43,095 nucleotides of DNA. Origin: Chiloscyllium plagiosum. Its lineage: Eukaryota. The stretch is from assembly GCF_004010195.1 (NCBI RefSeq), contig NC_057759.1, positions 3,285,472-3,328,566 on the forward strand, given 5' to 3'. Made by a program: the position numbers and the translations under genes. Positions 11,235-22,520 of this stretch are shown one piece after another. Within the stretch, counting starts at the first letter, position 1; each line of letters starts with the position of its first letter. The notes beneath the pieces are model-generated. The model saw nothing but the letters and a program-made list of their open reading frames with translations. It was not told the DNA's origin and did no database searches.

Positions 11235-11394
11235 AGGAGAAAGTGAGGACTGCAGATGCTGGAGATCAGAGCTGAAAATGTGTTGCTGGAAAAGCAATGG
11301 ATTCCTGAAAAGATCCCTGAAGAAGGGCTCATGCTCGAAACGTAGATTCTCCTGCTCCTTGGATGCTGCCTGACCTGCTGCGCTTTTCCAGCAA
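11235..11394. mobile_element. PLE terminal fragment with internal inversion and 15-bp TSD
   Basis: CACATAGCAGAAACT at 11220-11234 and 11395-11409; single empty site at 28813-28827. Confidence 0.85.
11317..11344 (+). ncRNA. Minimal hammerhead ribozyme core (variant)
   Basis: CUGAAGA-A-GGGC-UCAU-GCUC-GAAA-CGUA; one G-U pair in helix II, GUA triplet. Confidence 0.6.
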
Positions 11395-11444
11395 CACATA
11401 GCAGAAACTGCCAGGCTTAGATTGACAATATATTCACCAAGCAG

Positions 11445-11978
11445 ATATCCTCAGGAGGCTAAGGAAATTCACCGTGTCTATAAAGACTCCTGTAAATTTT
11501 AATCAATGCACCACCTATCTGGATTTGTCACAGTGTGGTATGGCTACTGTTCTGCCCAAGACTACAAGAAATTACAGTCAGTTGTGAACAAAGCCCAATC
11601 CATCACTGAAAGCAGCCTTCCATCCAAAGGCTCCATTTATACTTCCTCCTGTGTTGGGAAAGCAACCAACATAATCAAAGACCCATCTGACCCCAGTTCT
11701 ATGCTCCTCCACCCATGTCTGTCAGGTAGAAAATACAGAAGTTTGAATATACCGTCCAACAGATTCAAGAACTGATTCTGTGCTATTATTAGACTATTGA
11801 ATGGACCTCTCAAATTTTAATGTTATTCTCGCGCTCTGCACCATTAACACTGTATTCCAGATTCTGTTCTATTGCCCTAATGCACTTTTATGATATAATC
11901 TGCGTGGAAGGCACTCAAAACAATACTTTTCATTGTATCTCTGTACATGTGACAATAATAAATCAGATCAAATCAAGT
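11445..11978 (+). mobile_element. Rex1/Babar-type LINE 3' fragment
   Basis: LRRLRKF then LSGFVTVWYGYCSAQDYKKLQSVVNKAQSI..IIKDPSDP..SGRKYRSL..NRFKN; tail GTGACAATAATAAATCAGATCAAATCAA. Confidence 0.8.
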
Positions 11979-12829
11979 GGATAACTACACTCACATGTCA
12001 CAGAATCTGAGAGGTACAGGTTGATATCTGCAGTCACACAACCTGACAGGAAAAGATGAATAAATACATTTAAACCCTGACATTACAGCACCTGACAGGA
12101 AGGATAGATAACTAAACTCTCTTATTCACAAAGCAGAAATTGATAGTGACAGATGAAAGCTCAGCTCACACATTCACATAGCATAAAATGGCAGGAATTG
12201 ACAATTACACAGACATATTCACCGAGCAGAAACTGACAGCTATAGATTGATAACTATGTTTATGTATTCACACAGCAGAGTCTGAAAGGTACAGATTGAC
12301 AATTACACTCTCACTTTGACAAAGAAGAAATTGACAGGTAGAGAATGATAACTGTACTAGTCACATATTGACAGGGAAGAATCTGACAGGGACAGATTGG
12401 TATTGACTCTCTCAAATTGACGAGGTAGAAACAGATTGACAATGACACTCTGGTGTCAAATAGCAAAACCTGACAGGTACTGTTTGATAATTGCACTGAG
12501 AAATTGATAAAAACTAAAACTGACAGGTGGAGATCAATATCTACATTCACACAGAAGATATTGACAGGTACAAATTGAAGACTGCATTTAATATTCATAC
12601 AGCAGAAACTGACCAGGAGATACTGAGAATGACACACCCATTATCAAAGCTGAAACTGACAGGTTCAGGTTGATAACTACACTGTCAGATACACAGCAGA
12701 AAGTGTTAGGGAAAGATTGTTAAGTAAATTCACACATTCACAACGGCAGAAACTGACAGGTACATATTGATAAGTAAACTCACACATCCCCATCAGTGAA
12801 GCACATAGGGACTGATCCTATTTATTTAA

Positions 12830-15600
12830 AACAGCACTCTTTGGTCCTACTCATCCATGCCAACCAGATGTCAGAAACTAATCTAGTCCCATTTGCCAGC
12901 ACTTGACCCATATCCCTTTGAACCCTTCCTATTCATGGACCCATCCAGGTGCCTTTTAAATGTTGTAATTGTACCAGCCTTCTCCACGTCTTCTGGCAGC
13001 TCATTCCTTACTCATACCATCATATGCGTGAAAACGTTGCCGCTTAGGTCCATTTAAAAATTTTCCCCGTTTACCTTAAACCTATGCCTCTAGTATTGTA
13101 CTTCCCCACCTCAGGGAAGAGACATTGTCCCTCATGATTTTATAAACCACTATGTGGTCAGACCTAGCCTGTTCAGCCTCTCTCTATAGCTAAAATCCTC
13201 CAACCCTGACAAATTCCTTGTAAATTTTTTCTGAACCCTTCAACATTTCACAATATCCTTCCAATACGAAGGAGACCAGTATGTGTGCAGTATTCCAAAA
13301 CTGGCCTCAGCAATGACCTGCACAGACAAAACATGACCTCCTAACTCCTATACTCAATGCACTGACCAATGAAGAAAACGTCCTTTCTACTTGCGACTCC
13401 ACTTTCGAGGAGCTATGAACCTGCATTCCAAGGTCTCTTTGTTCAACAACACTACCCACGATCTTACCATTAAGTGTACAAGTCCTGTCCTGATTTGCCT
13501 TTCCAAAATATAGCACCCCAGATTTATTTGAATAAAACTCCATCTGCCACTCCTCAGCCCATTGGCCCATCTGATCAAGACCCTGTTGTACTTTGAAGGA
13601 ACCTTCTTTGCTGTCCAATTTTGGTGTCAACTGCAAACTTATTAACTGTACCTGCTGTGTTCAAATCCAAATCATTCACATAAATGATGAAAAGCAGTGG
13701 ATCCAACACTGATACTGGTCACACACCACTGGTTACAGGCCTCCAGTCTGAAAAGCATCTCTCCTCCACCACTACCCCGTCTTCTACCATCGAGCAAGTT
13801 CTGCATCCAATTGGCTACCTTTCCTGTATTCCATGAGATCTAATCTTGCTAACCAATCTCCCATGAAGAACCTCGTTGAACGCCTTACTGAAGGCCATAT
13901 AGATCACATCCACCACTCTGACCTCATCAATCTTCTTTGTTATTTCTTCAAAACAACTCATTCAAATTCATGACACATGTTTTCCCACGCACAAAGCCAT
14001 GCTGACTATCCCGAATCAGTCATTGCCTTACCAAATGCATGTCAATCCTGTCTCTCAGGATTCCCTCCAACATCTTGCCCACCACCGATATCAGGCTCAC
14101 CGGCCTATAGTTCCCTGGCTTTTCCTTACCACCTTTCTTAAATAGTGGCACCACATTAACAATCTTCCAGTCATCCAGCACCTTACCTGCGACTATGAAT
14201 GATAAAAAATATCTCAGCAAGGTGCCCAGCAATCACTTCCCTACCTTCCCACAGAGTCCGAGGGTGCACTTGAACTGGTCTTGGGGAGTTATCCACTTTT
14301 ATGCATTTCAAGACATCCAGCACTTTCTCCTCTGTAATATGGACATTTTTCAAGATGTCACTATCTATTTTCCCACATTCTATTACCTTCCATGTCCTCC
14401 TTCACAGTGAACACTGATGGAAAATACTCATTTAGTATCTTCCCCATCTCCCATGGCTCCACACATCAGGTGCCTTGCTGATCTTTGAGAGACCCTGTTG
14501 TCTCCCCAGTTACTGTTTTGTCCTTAATCTATTTCTAAAAACTCTTTGCATTCTCCTTACTTCTATTTGCCAAAGCTATCTCATGTCCCCTTTTTGCCCT
14601 CAGGATTTCTCTCTTAAGGATACTCCTTTGACCTTTATACTCTAAGGATTCATTCAATTTCTTCTGTCTATACCTGACATATGCTTCATTTTTTCTTAAC
14701 CAAACCCTCAATTCCTCTCGTCATCCCACATGCCCGCATCTACCAGCCTTTCCTTTCACCCAACCAGGAATATACTAACGCTGGACTCTTGTTATCACAT
14801 TTTGAAGGCTTCCCATTTCCCAGCCTTCACTTTAGCTCCAAGCATCTGCCCCCAATCAGCTTTTGAAAGTTCTTGCCTAATGCTGTCAAAATTAGCCTTC
14901 CTCCAATTTTGAACTTCAGCTTTTAGATCCAGTCTATCCTTTTCCATCACTATTTACAAACAAACAGATTTATGGTTGCTGACTCCAAATGCTCCCCCAC
15001 TGACACATCAGTCACCTGCCCTGCCTTATTTCCCAGGTCTAGGTCAAATTTTGCATCTTCTCTAGCAGGAACATCCACATACTAAATCAGAAACTTTCCT
15101 TGTACACACTTAACAAATTGCTCTCCTTTTAAACCCTTAACACTATGGCAGACCCTGTCTACATTTGGAATGTTAAAATCCCCTACCATATCCACCGTAT
15201 TATTCTTACAGAGAACTGAAATCTCCTTACAAATTTGTTTCTGAATTTCTTGCTGACTATCAGGGAGTCAAGAATATCATCCCAATAAGATGACCATCCC
15301 TTTCTTATTTCTCAGTACCATCCAAATAACCTCCTGGATATATTCCCAGGAATATCGTCCTGGGAATACTGTTTTGTCCTTAATCTATTTCTAAAAACTC
15401 TTTGCATTCTCCTTACTTCTATTTGCCAAAGCTATCTCATGTCCCCTTTTTGCCCTCAGGATTTCTCTCTTAAGGATACTCCTACGATAGCGTTACAGTA
15501 GTAATGTTATCCCTTATCAAAACTGCCACTCCCCTCCTCTCTTGCCCCCACTTTCTAAGCTTCCTGTAGCATTTGTATCCTGGAACATGAAGCTCCTTCT
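12830..15600 (-). mobile_element. Degenerate CR1 LINE (endonuclease, RT and 3' end)
   Basis: DWKIVNVVPLFKKGGKEKPGNYRPVSLISVVGK; LQ-like QQGLDQMGQWAEEWQMEF..ERDLG-like QRDLG; 3' UTR near 12830-12930. Confidence 0.9.
15367..15483 (+). repeat. 117-bp copy of 14511-14627 inserted inside the same CR1
   Basis: TACTGTTTTGTCC..AAGGATACTCCT matches at both places with no mismatch seen. Confidence 0.9.
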
Positions 15601-15689
15601 CTCGGAACATTTACATGTTGATTAAGAAATTTTCTTCGAATTTTAAAAGTCTCTTCTCCATGCAAGCCTTTAACACAATGGTACTTGCA

Positions 15690-15950
15690 GACAATGTTTG
15701 CAAAAACCTACTATTACAACCTTTATATTCTTACATATATCTGAAATCTGTGTATATTTGTTCCTCAGTTTCCGTCTGACTGTTGGGGGGTCTATAGTAC
15801 AGTCCCATCATGGTGATTATCCCTTTCTTATTTTAATATTTTCACTGGATGATCTTTTTCAGAAATATTTTCTCTAGTTAGAGCAGCAATGTTTTCCTTA
15901 ATCAAAAACACCACCCCGCCTTCTCTTTTCCCTGCCTTTCTATCCTTCCG
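15690..15950 (-). mobile_element. CR1 endonuclease fragment
   Basis: Resembles 15180-15330 and 15500-15570 (GGGGTCTATAGTACAGTCCCATCATGGTGATTATCCCTTTCTT). Confidence 0.55.
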
Positions 15951-16027
15951 ATATCCCGCTCTTACTTCCATAATCTATTGAATACAGACCCAGAGTTATC
16001 CTCAATTGCTGTTTTTCTGACAAGTCC

Positions 16028-19000
16028 TTTATCCTGGGCTTATTCTTGTAAATGTACTCTTGGCTCCCTCCAACACGAGCACATCCTTCCCGAAATAATG
16101 GGCCCAAAGCTGCTCACAATATTCCAAATGCAGTCTGACCAGAACTGATAGAGCCTCAGCAGTACATTTCTGCTCTTGTATTGTAGCCTCTTTGAAATAA
16201 ATGTTAAAATGGCATTTGCCTTCCAAACTGCCAACTGAACCTGCCAGTTAACCTTAAGAGAATTCCTGAACTGGACTCCCAAGGTCCCTTGCCTTTGAGA
16301 TTTCTGAAGACTTTCCCTATTCAGAAAATTAGAAACATCTTTATTCCTTCTACCAGAGTGCATAACCTCACAATTTCCCATGTTGTATTCCATCTGTCAC
16401 TTCTACGTCCACTCTTGCAGCCTGTCCAAATCCTTCTACACCCTCTGCACTTCCTCAGCACTACCTGCCCCTCCACCGACATCTATCCCATGTGCAAACG
16501 TGGTAAAAATGCCCTCAGTTCCTTTGTCCAGGTCATTAAAGCATAACGTGAATAGTTGTGGTCCCAACACTGACCCCTGTGGAAGTCCATGAGTCACCGG
16601 CTGCCATTCTGTAAAAGACCCTTTTATCCTGACTCTCTGCCTTCTGCCAAGCAGCCAATTCTCTGCCTTTACCTTGTTTAGCAGCCTGCTGTGTGGTACC
16701 TTATCAAAGGCCTTCTGGAAATGCAAATCGATTACACCCACCGGCTCTGTGTTGTCTAACTTGCTTGTTACTTCCTCAAAGAATTTGAACAGATTTGTCA
16801 GGGAAGACCTCTCCTTAACAAAGCCGTGCTGACTCTGCCCTATTTTACCATGCACTTTCAAGTGCTCTGCAGCCTCATTCTAAACAAGGGATTCTCAAAC
16901 TTTAGGAATGACTACGTTCTAGCTACATAGCCTATAGTTTCCTGCCTCTGCCCCCCCCCCCCCTTTCTTAAACACGTGTTGCATTAGCCATTTTCCAGTC
17001 ATCTGGGACCCTGCCTGACTCCAGTTCTTTCTGAAAGATCATCACCAATGCCTCTCCAATCTACTCCGCTGTCTCCTTCAGTTATCTGGAGTGTAGTCCA
17101 TCCGGTCTTGGTGATTTATCCGCTTTCAGCTTCCCAGCACCTTCCCCTTACCAATGGCCAATGCACTCACTTCTGTCCCCAGGTTTCCCTTGAAGTTCTG
17201 GTTGGTTGCTGGTGTCTTCCACTGTTAAAAACTGATGGAAAGTACCACTTCAGATCCGTGCCATGGTTCCCCATTACTACTTTTCCAGCATTGCTTTCAA
17301 GCTGTCCAATGTACACTCGTCTCTTTGTAACCGTTTCGATATCCAAGAAAATTGCCTGCAGCCCTCTTCTGTATTAGTAGCGCGCTTACTCTCATATTTC
17401 TCTTCTTTCCCGCCCCCACCTTTTTTTCTAAAAGTTATTTGCTGTTTTTTAAAGGCTTCCCACTCTTCTGACTTCCACTGATCTTTACCACATTATATGC
17501 TGCTTGTGTTGCCTTTATGCTCTCCCTGACTTCCCCTGTCAACCAGGGTTGACTCATCCTCCCCTCAGCATTTTTATTCTTCCTTGGGATGAATTTCTGC
17601 AATGTCTCCTGAATTAACCCAGAAACTCCTGCCATCACTGCTCCACTGTCTTCGCTGGTCGGCTCTCCCTTCCAATCAACTCTGTCCAGCTCCACCCATA
17701 TGTCTTTGTAGTTACCTTTACCCAATTGTAATCCCGTTACATCTGATTCAATCTTCTCTCTCTCAAGCTGCAGGGTGAACTCTATTATGTTATGGCCATT
17801 GTGTCCTAGGAGTTCGTTCACTTTGAACTCCCCAATCAAGTCTCCCTCGTTACACATCACTAAATCCAGAATTGCCTGTTCCTGAGTGGGCTCTACCACA
17901 AACTGCTCCAAACAAAAAATCTCTCAGATAATTCCAAGTTTTCTTGAGAACCGCTATGAACCTTTTTTTCCCAGTCCACCTGCATATTGAAGTCCCCAAT
18001 GATTATTCTAACAGTTCCTTACATGCTTTTATAATCGCCTGATGTATTTTCTCCCCCAAATCGTGACAATCGCTAATGGCTTGTATACAAGTTCCTTTGG
18101 GGTCTTTTTTACTTTGTGGTTCCTGATCTCTACCCTCACGGATTCTACACCTTCTGACTCTTTCGCTTCTTGCTGTCAATTTAATTTTATTTCTTGCAAA
18201 CAAGGCAACCCCTCTGACTCTGCCCATTGCCTTTTTGATAGCTTGAATAATTAGTTACCAGCCCTGAACCCCCTGCAGCCTTTTCTCTGATACCTATAAC
18301 ATTGTGAATGCCAAGTTTACTCTGGCGTACCGGCTGATTTACCTTGTTCTGTAGACCGTGTGTATTTAGTTACAAGTCCCTCAGCCCTGCATTAATTGTC
18401 CCTCTTCTCATATTTGTCCCCTTATCTGTTGTGCCTGAAGTTATATTCCTGATCCTTTCCATACTTTCTATTCTGCAACATGTTGTGAAAGCTCTAACCT
18501 GTGCTGAGCACTTCCCCATTTTGACTTTTCCATAATTTTGCACACAGCTGAAAACAACCCCCATGTTTTAGTTTAAAGTCCAATATATAGGCCCTGGTTA
18601 TGCCATTCTCCAGGACTCTGATCCCAGCATCATTCATGTGTAGCCTGTCCGATCGGAACAGTTCCATCCTTCCCTAGTACTGACTCCAATGTCCAGTGAA
18701 TTCAAACCTCCTGTTTGTCCCACACGAATCTTTCAGCCACAGACATCTTACTGTTATAACCTTGTTGACTTTATGGCTCAGGTAGTAATCCAGAGATTAT
18801 TACCTTTTTGATTTTTAAAAAATTTATCCCTGAGCTGCACATATTCATTCAGCAGAACTTCTTCCCTTGATCTGTCTATATTAACAATTGGATTGTTCCT
18901 CTACAACCCAGATAACTATCGTGAACCCAGGCACCAGGCAGGCAAATCTGCCTTCGGGACTCTCTATTCTGGCAACAGGGAAGAGTCTCTATTCCCCTGA

Positions 19001-19450
19001 CTGCATTGTTTCCGATTACACTTGCATTTCCCTTTTCCCCTTTCTCTTGAATGGCTCCCTTTCCCACAGTGCTTTGCTCATCCTCCCTACAGACCCCACA
19101 CTCATCCACACAAAGAGCAAGAATCTCAAACCTGTTTGACAAGCTGAAGGGCTGAGGCTCATTCAGCACCACCCTCTGGTTTCCTCTACCGGCCTCACTC
19201 ATAGCCACACCCTTCTATCCCTGACCACTGATCGATTTGAGGTAGTTAATCCAAGGGCTGTGACTACCCCCTGAAACAGAGCATCCAGGTAACTCCTGCC
19301 CCTCCCTGATGTGTGGCAATGTTCAGAGCTCAGACTTCAGCTCAACAATCTGAGCTGGAATCCCTCAACCAACACTTGTTATGGTTTAGTAGCTATGAAC
19401 CACAATGAGGTCCACCAGCTCTGACAAGATGCAGTTAAGACACCTCGCCT
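16028..19450 (-). mobile_element. Near full-length degenerate CR1 LINE (second subfamily), 3' truncated
   Basis: ORF1 esterase VIGNNAVRGIE..RESRRQICLPGA; endonuclease EPTQEQAILDLV; RT QHGFVKERSSLTNL, FQKAFDKVPH, GLPQGSVLGPQLF; LVRLHLEYC. Confidence 0.9.
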
Positions 19451-19734
19451 GGTCTGGCCCCTCCATTTTAATGACTTGGTGCTTAATTTGATTTTTTAAA
19501 CATTTTATGCTGAAAGAACATCCACTTTTGTTGGAGAGATTAATTGACCATGCTCAAGAGGCCAAAATTACGTTAAGTGCAGATATCTTGAAAGATTAGA
19601 GGTGGGAATGATCACTATCATAGATCACTTTCAAAAGAACGATGAGAAATTTGTTAAAATGTTACTTTTCCTCAATTTGCGACCTCTTCAAGTCAATGAG
19701 CTCAGGGTGAGGAGAACAAAACTCACTGAGTGAT

Positions 19735-20060
19735 CACACGGGCAGCGGAGTATTGGATGAGCTGAAGATTACAAGGAGGTTGAAAGTGGGAGGTGGATCA
19801 GGAGTGTGTTAGGGTTATTCAGTCTCGAGATTACAAAGGACTGGATAAGATTTCACCACCTGGAGCTGAGACTGTGTTGGAGTCAGGCCACGTTACTGAA
19901 ATGGAAATAGAACGTCACAGGGAGGATGTGGGTCTGTGGTTCAAAGCTAATCTCCAACTGTGATATTCCCTTAATGTTGTGAAGACCCTGGTTCAGACAG
20001 TTACCAGAGGGACCGATACAGGTGGAGTTAGGAAGTTTTGTAACAGGGACTGAAGCCAGC
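19735..20060 (-). mobile_element. Old L2-clade LINE fragment
   Basis: Minus strand FYFHFSNVA..EILIQSFVISRLNNPNTLL, matching the L2 motif YFHLRNIA..LIHAFVTSRLDYSN. Confidence 0.65.
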
Positions 20061-20079
20061 AGTCTTCAGTGAACAAAAG

Positions 20080-20520
20080 ATCAGGAGTAGGCCTTTCAGC
20101 TGTTCCACTATTGAATGAACTCATGGCTGCTGTGTGGAGTTCAGCCTTTGGCCCATATCCCTGAATACCTTTGTTGAACAAAAGTTTATCTGCCTCAGAT
20201 CAAAACTAACAACTTAGTGTTTGATTTCCAAACCTCTTCCACCCTTTTCATATCAAAGTTATTCCTCATATCTCTCTCGAACAGACTCTGCTCCCATGTT
20301 CTTGATTAAATTGGAGAAAGTTTCTATTCATTCAGCACTGGATGTTGGGACGTTGTGTGAGTTGGAGGGAGCTTCAAGGGAATGTTGGTCACATACACCT
20401 GCTCTGTAGTCCTTCATGGTGGCGGAAGTGGCTTTTTTGGGAGGTTATGCTCAAGGTATGGTTGAGCAGTTGGTCGATAAAACCCCTCTCATTCTCCTTC
20501 CAGCACTGTGGAATATAATG
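20080..20520 (-). mobile_element. Decayed LINE 3' fragments
   Basis: CR1-type tail AGGAGTAGGCC..TCATGGCTG..CCCTGAATACC, followed by a piece resembling 4200-4310 and 42810-42920. Confidence 0.5.
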
Positions 20521-20534
20521 TGGAAAAATATATC

Positions 20535-20832
20535 GGGCGGCACGGTAGCTCAGTGGTTAGCACTGCTGCCTCACAGCACCAGGATCCCAGGTTTGATTCC
20601 AGTCTCGGGTCACCGTCTGTGTGGAATTTGCACATTGTTCCCAAAATTGCATGGATTTGCTCCGATTTCCTCCTACAGTCCAAAGATTTGCAGGTCAGGT
20701 GAATTGGCCATGGTAAATTGCCCGTAGTGCTAGGTGCATTGGTCAGAGGGAAATGGGTCTAGGTGGTTACTTTTCAGAGGGTCAGTGTGGACAGAAGGGC
20801 CTGTTTGCACACTGTAGGGAATCTAATCTAAT
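20535..20832 (+). mobile_element. HE1-type V-SINE, full length
   Basis: tRNA-like head GGGCGGCACGGTAGCTCAGTGGTTAGCAC..GGTTTGATTCC, central V-domain-like region, tail ending (CTAAT)n. Confidence 0.85.
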
Positions 20833-20834
20833 AT

Positions 20835-21520
20835 GCATTTCGGTAGGAAGACTAGGAGAGGTGAATATTATTAAACGATGGAAAATTGCAGTACAGAGAA
20901 TTTTGGGTTCTTCCACTTGAAAGATGAAAAACTAGCATCCAGATTCAGTGGGTATTCAGGAAAGGAAATTGTCAGTTAGCTTTTATTGAAAGGGAATGGG
21001 GAGGAAAAAATGGAAGTTTTGCTAAAACTGTTCAAGACAGGAGTCAGATCACACGTGGAATACTGAGAGTTGCTTTTGTCCCTTGTTTTGGGAAAGGCAG
21101 TCCGTAGAGTATTCAGGAGATTGATCCTGGATATGGGAGCAATTTCTCAGGAAATGAGTTTGAGCAGACTGCTTCTGTACTCATTGGAGTTCAGAAGATG
21201 AGACAAGACCTTATGGAAAGATTCTGAGGGGCATGACATTGTAGATTCAGGGAGATTGTTACTACTTGTTTGAGAGTTGAGGACACAATCTCAGAGTAAG
21301 GAATCACCTGTTTAAAATGGATGTGGAGGAATTCCTGCTGTTACAGTACAGAATACTGCAGTGGCCTGTGGAGGCTGTGCTGCTCAGTGTGTCCAAGGCT
21401 GAGATAAATAGATTTTTAATTAGTAAGGGATTCAAGGGTGGGGGCATAAGGCAGGAAAATCAAGCTGAGGATTATTGGATCAGCTTTGATCTCACTGAAT
21501 GGTGACAGCAGACTTGCTGG
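20835..21520 (+). mobile_element. Highly decayed CR1 3' fragment
   Basis: CATTTCGGTAGGAAG, TACTCATTGGAGTTCAGAAG and AAGGCTGAGATAAATAGATTTTTAAT landmarks in CR1 order. Confidence 0.7.
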
Positions 21521-21524
21521 GTTT

Positions 21525-21829
21525 TTAGATTAGATTACTTAGTGTGGAAACAGGCCCTTCGGCCCAATAAGTCCACACCAACCCGCCCCGCCAAAGCGCA
21601 ACCCACCCAGACCCATTTCCCTACATTCACCCAACTCTACAGGCAATGTAGCATGGCCAATTCATCTAACCTGCACATTTTTGGACTGTGGGAGTAAACC
21701 GGAGCACCCGGAGGAAACCCACACAGACACGGGGAGAATGTGCAAACTCTACACAGTCAGTCGCCTGAGGTGGGAATCGAACCGGGGTCTCTGGCGCTGT
21801 GAGGCAGCAGTGCTAACCATTGTGCTACC
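21525..21829 (-). mobile_element. HE1-type V-SINE
   Basis: TTAGATTAGATT tail; GGAGCACCCGGAGGAAACCCAC..GAATGTGCAAACTC..GCAGCAGTGCTAACC. Confidence 0.9.
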
Positions 21830-21915
21830 TACTTCTGCTCTTACACCTGACGGTTTAAGCATTTTCTTTTTTGGGTTCTCACTTGTTTTGCTTTTGTTTT
21901 CAATGAACTTCATAG

Positions 21916-22520
21916 GGAATTAGAAGACGATTTGCAATGAGGAGACTTAAAAGCAGGCATCGCTTCTCAATCTGCTGAGTTTTTTGCCGCCGAAATATCA
22001 TTGGGTTTTGAAGTAAAAAAGCACCGTTCACAATGGGGGAGAAATCGTACGTGTGTTGTACATGTGGACAAGTCTTTAGCAGATCACTGCCCGTCACACT
22101 GGGGAAAGGCCATTCATCTATTCCAAGGGTGGGAAAGGATTCACTCGATTATCCATCTTGCTGAAACCCGAGCAAGTACACACAGAGAAACAGACCGTTG
22201 AAATACTCAGAATGTGGGAAATGTTTTAAAAACTCTGGGGCACTGATATCCCAACAACATCCTCACAGTGACCCTTCATGTGCTCTCATTGTGGGTGTAG
22301 GTTCAAGCTATCATCCAACCTGATTAATCACCAGCGGATCCACACTGGGGAGAGACCATTCACCTGCTCACACGATGGGAAAGGATTTTCTTATAAATCC
22401 AACCTGTTAAAACACAAGCGATCTCTCAGAATGTAGAGATTGTTCTGCTGTACTGACTGTGGGAAGAGATTCATTGTGAAATCCAAGTTGCTGAAACACC
22501 AGTGTATACATGAGAAATGA
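21916..22520 (+). pseudogene. C2H2 (Kruppel-type) zinc-finger pseudogene, about 6 decayed fingers
   Basis: Acceptor TTCATAG at 21915; [82 protein letters not shown]; frameshifts, an in-frame TAG and lost Cys/His; AATAAA at ~22728. Confidence 0.9.

Larger units (their letters stand above)
7715..12800. repeat. Segmental duplication copy 1
   Basis: Collinear direct similarity to 25661-~30680, starting AGCAAAGAATCAGGATATAG vs AGCAAGGAATCAGTATATAG, with shared SINE, PLE and Rex1 insertions. Confidence 0.9.
9770..12800 (+). repeat. Degenerate ~47-bp tandem satellite interrupted by TEs
   Basis: Approximate consensus CACAGCAGAAACTGACAGGTACAGATTGATAACTACACTCACATATT; unit starts near 12601, 12648, 12696 and 12744. 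Confidence 0.85.

Noticed and set aside
12590..12760. V(D)J recombination signal sequences in CACAGC.. units
   Set aside because: No CACAGTG heptamer with a 12/23-spaced nonamer and no adjacent V, D or J segments.
9770..12800. CRISPR-like array or coding repeat
   Set aside because: Whole units are similar with no unique spacers, the period varies around 46-48 with indels and no sustained frame, and the context is vertebrate DNA without cas genes.
20535..20610. tRNA gene
   Set aside because: A/B-box-like head continues into a SINE body and tail; the same applies at 35008 and 40519.
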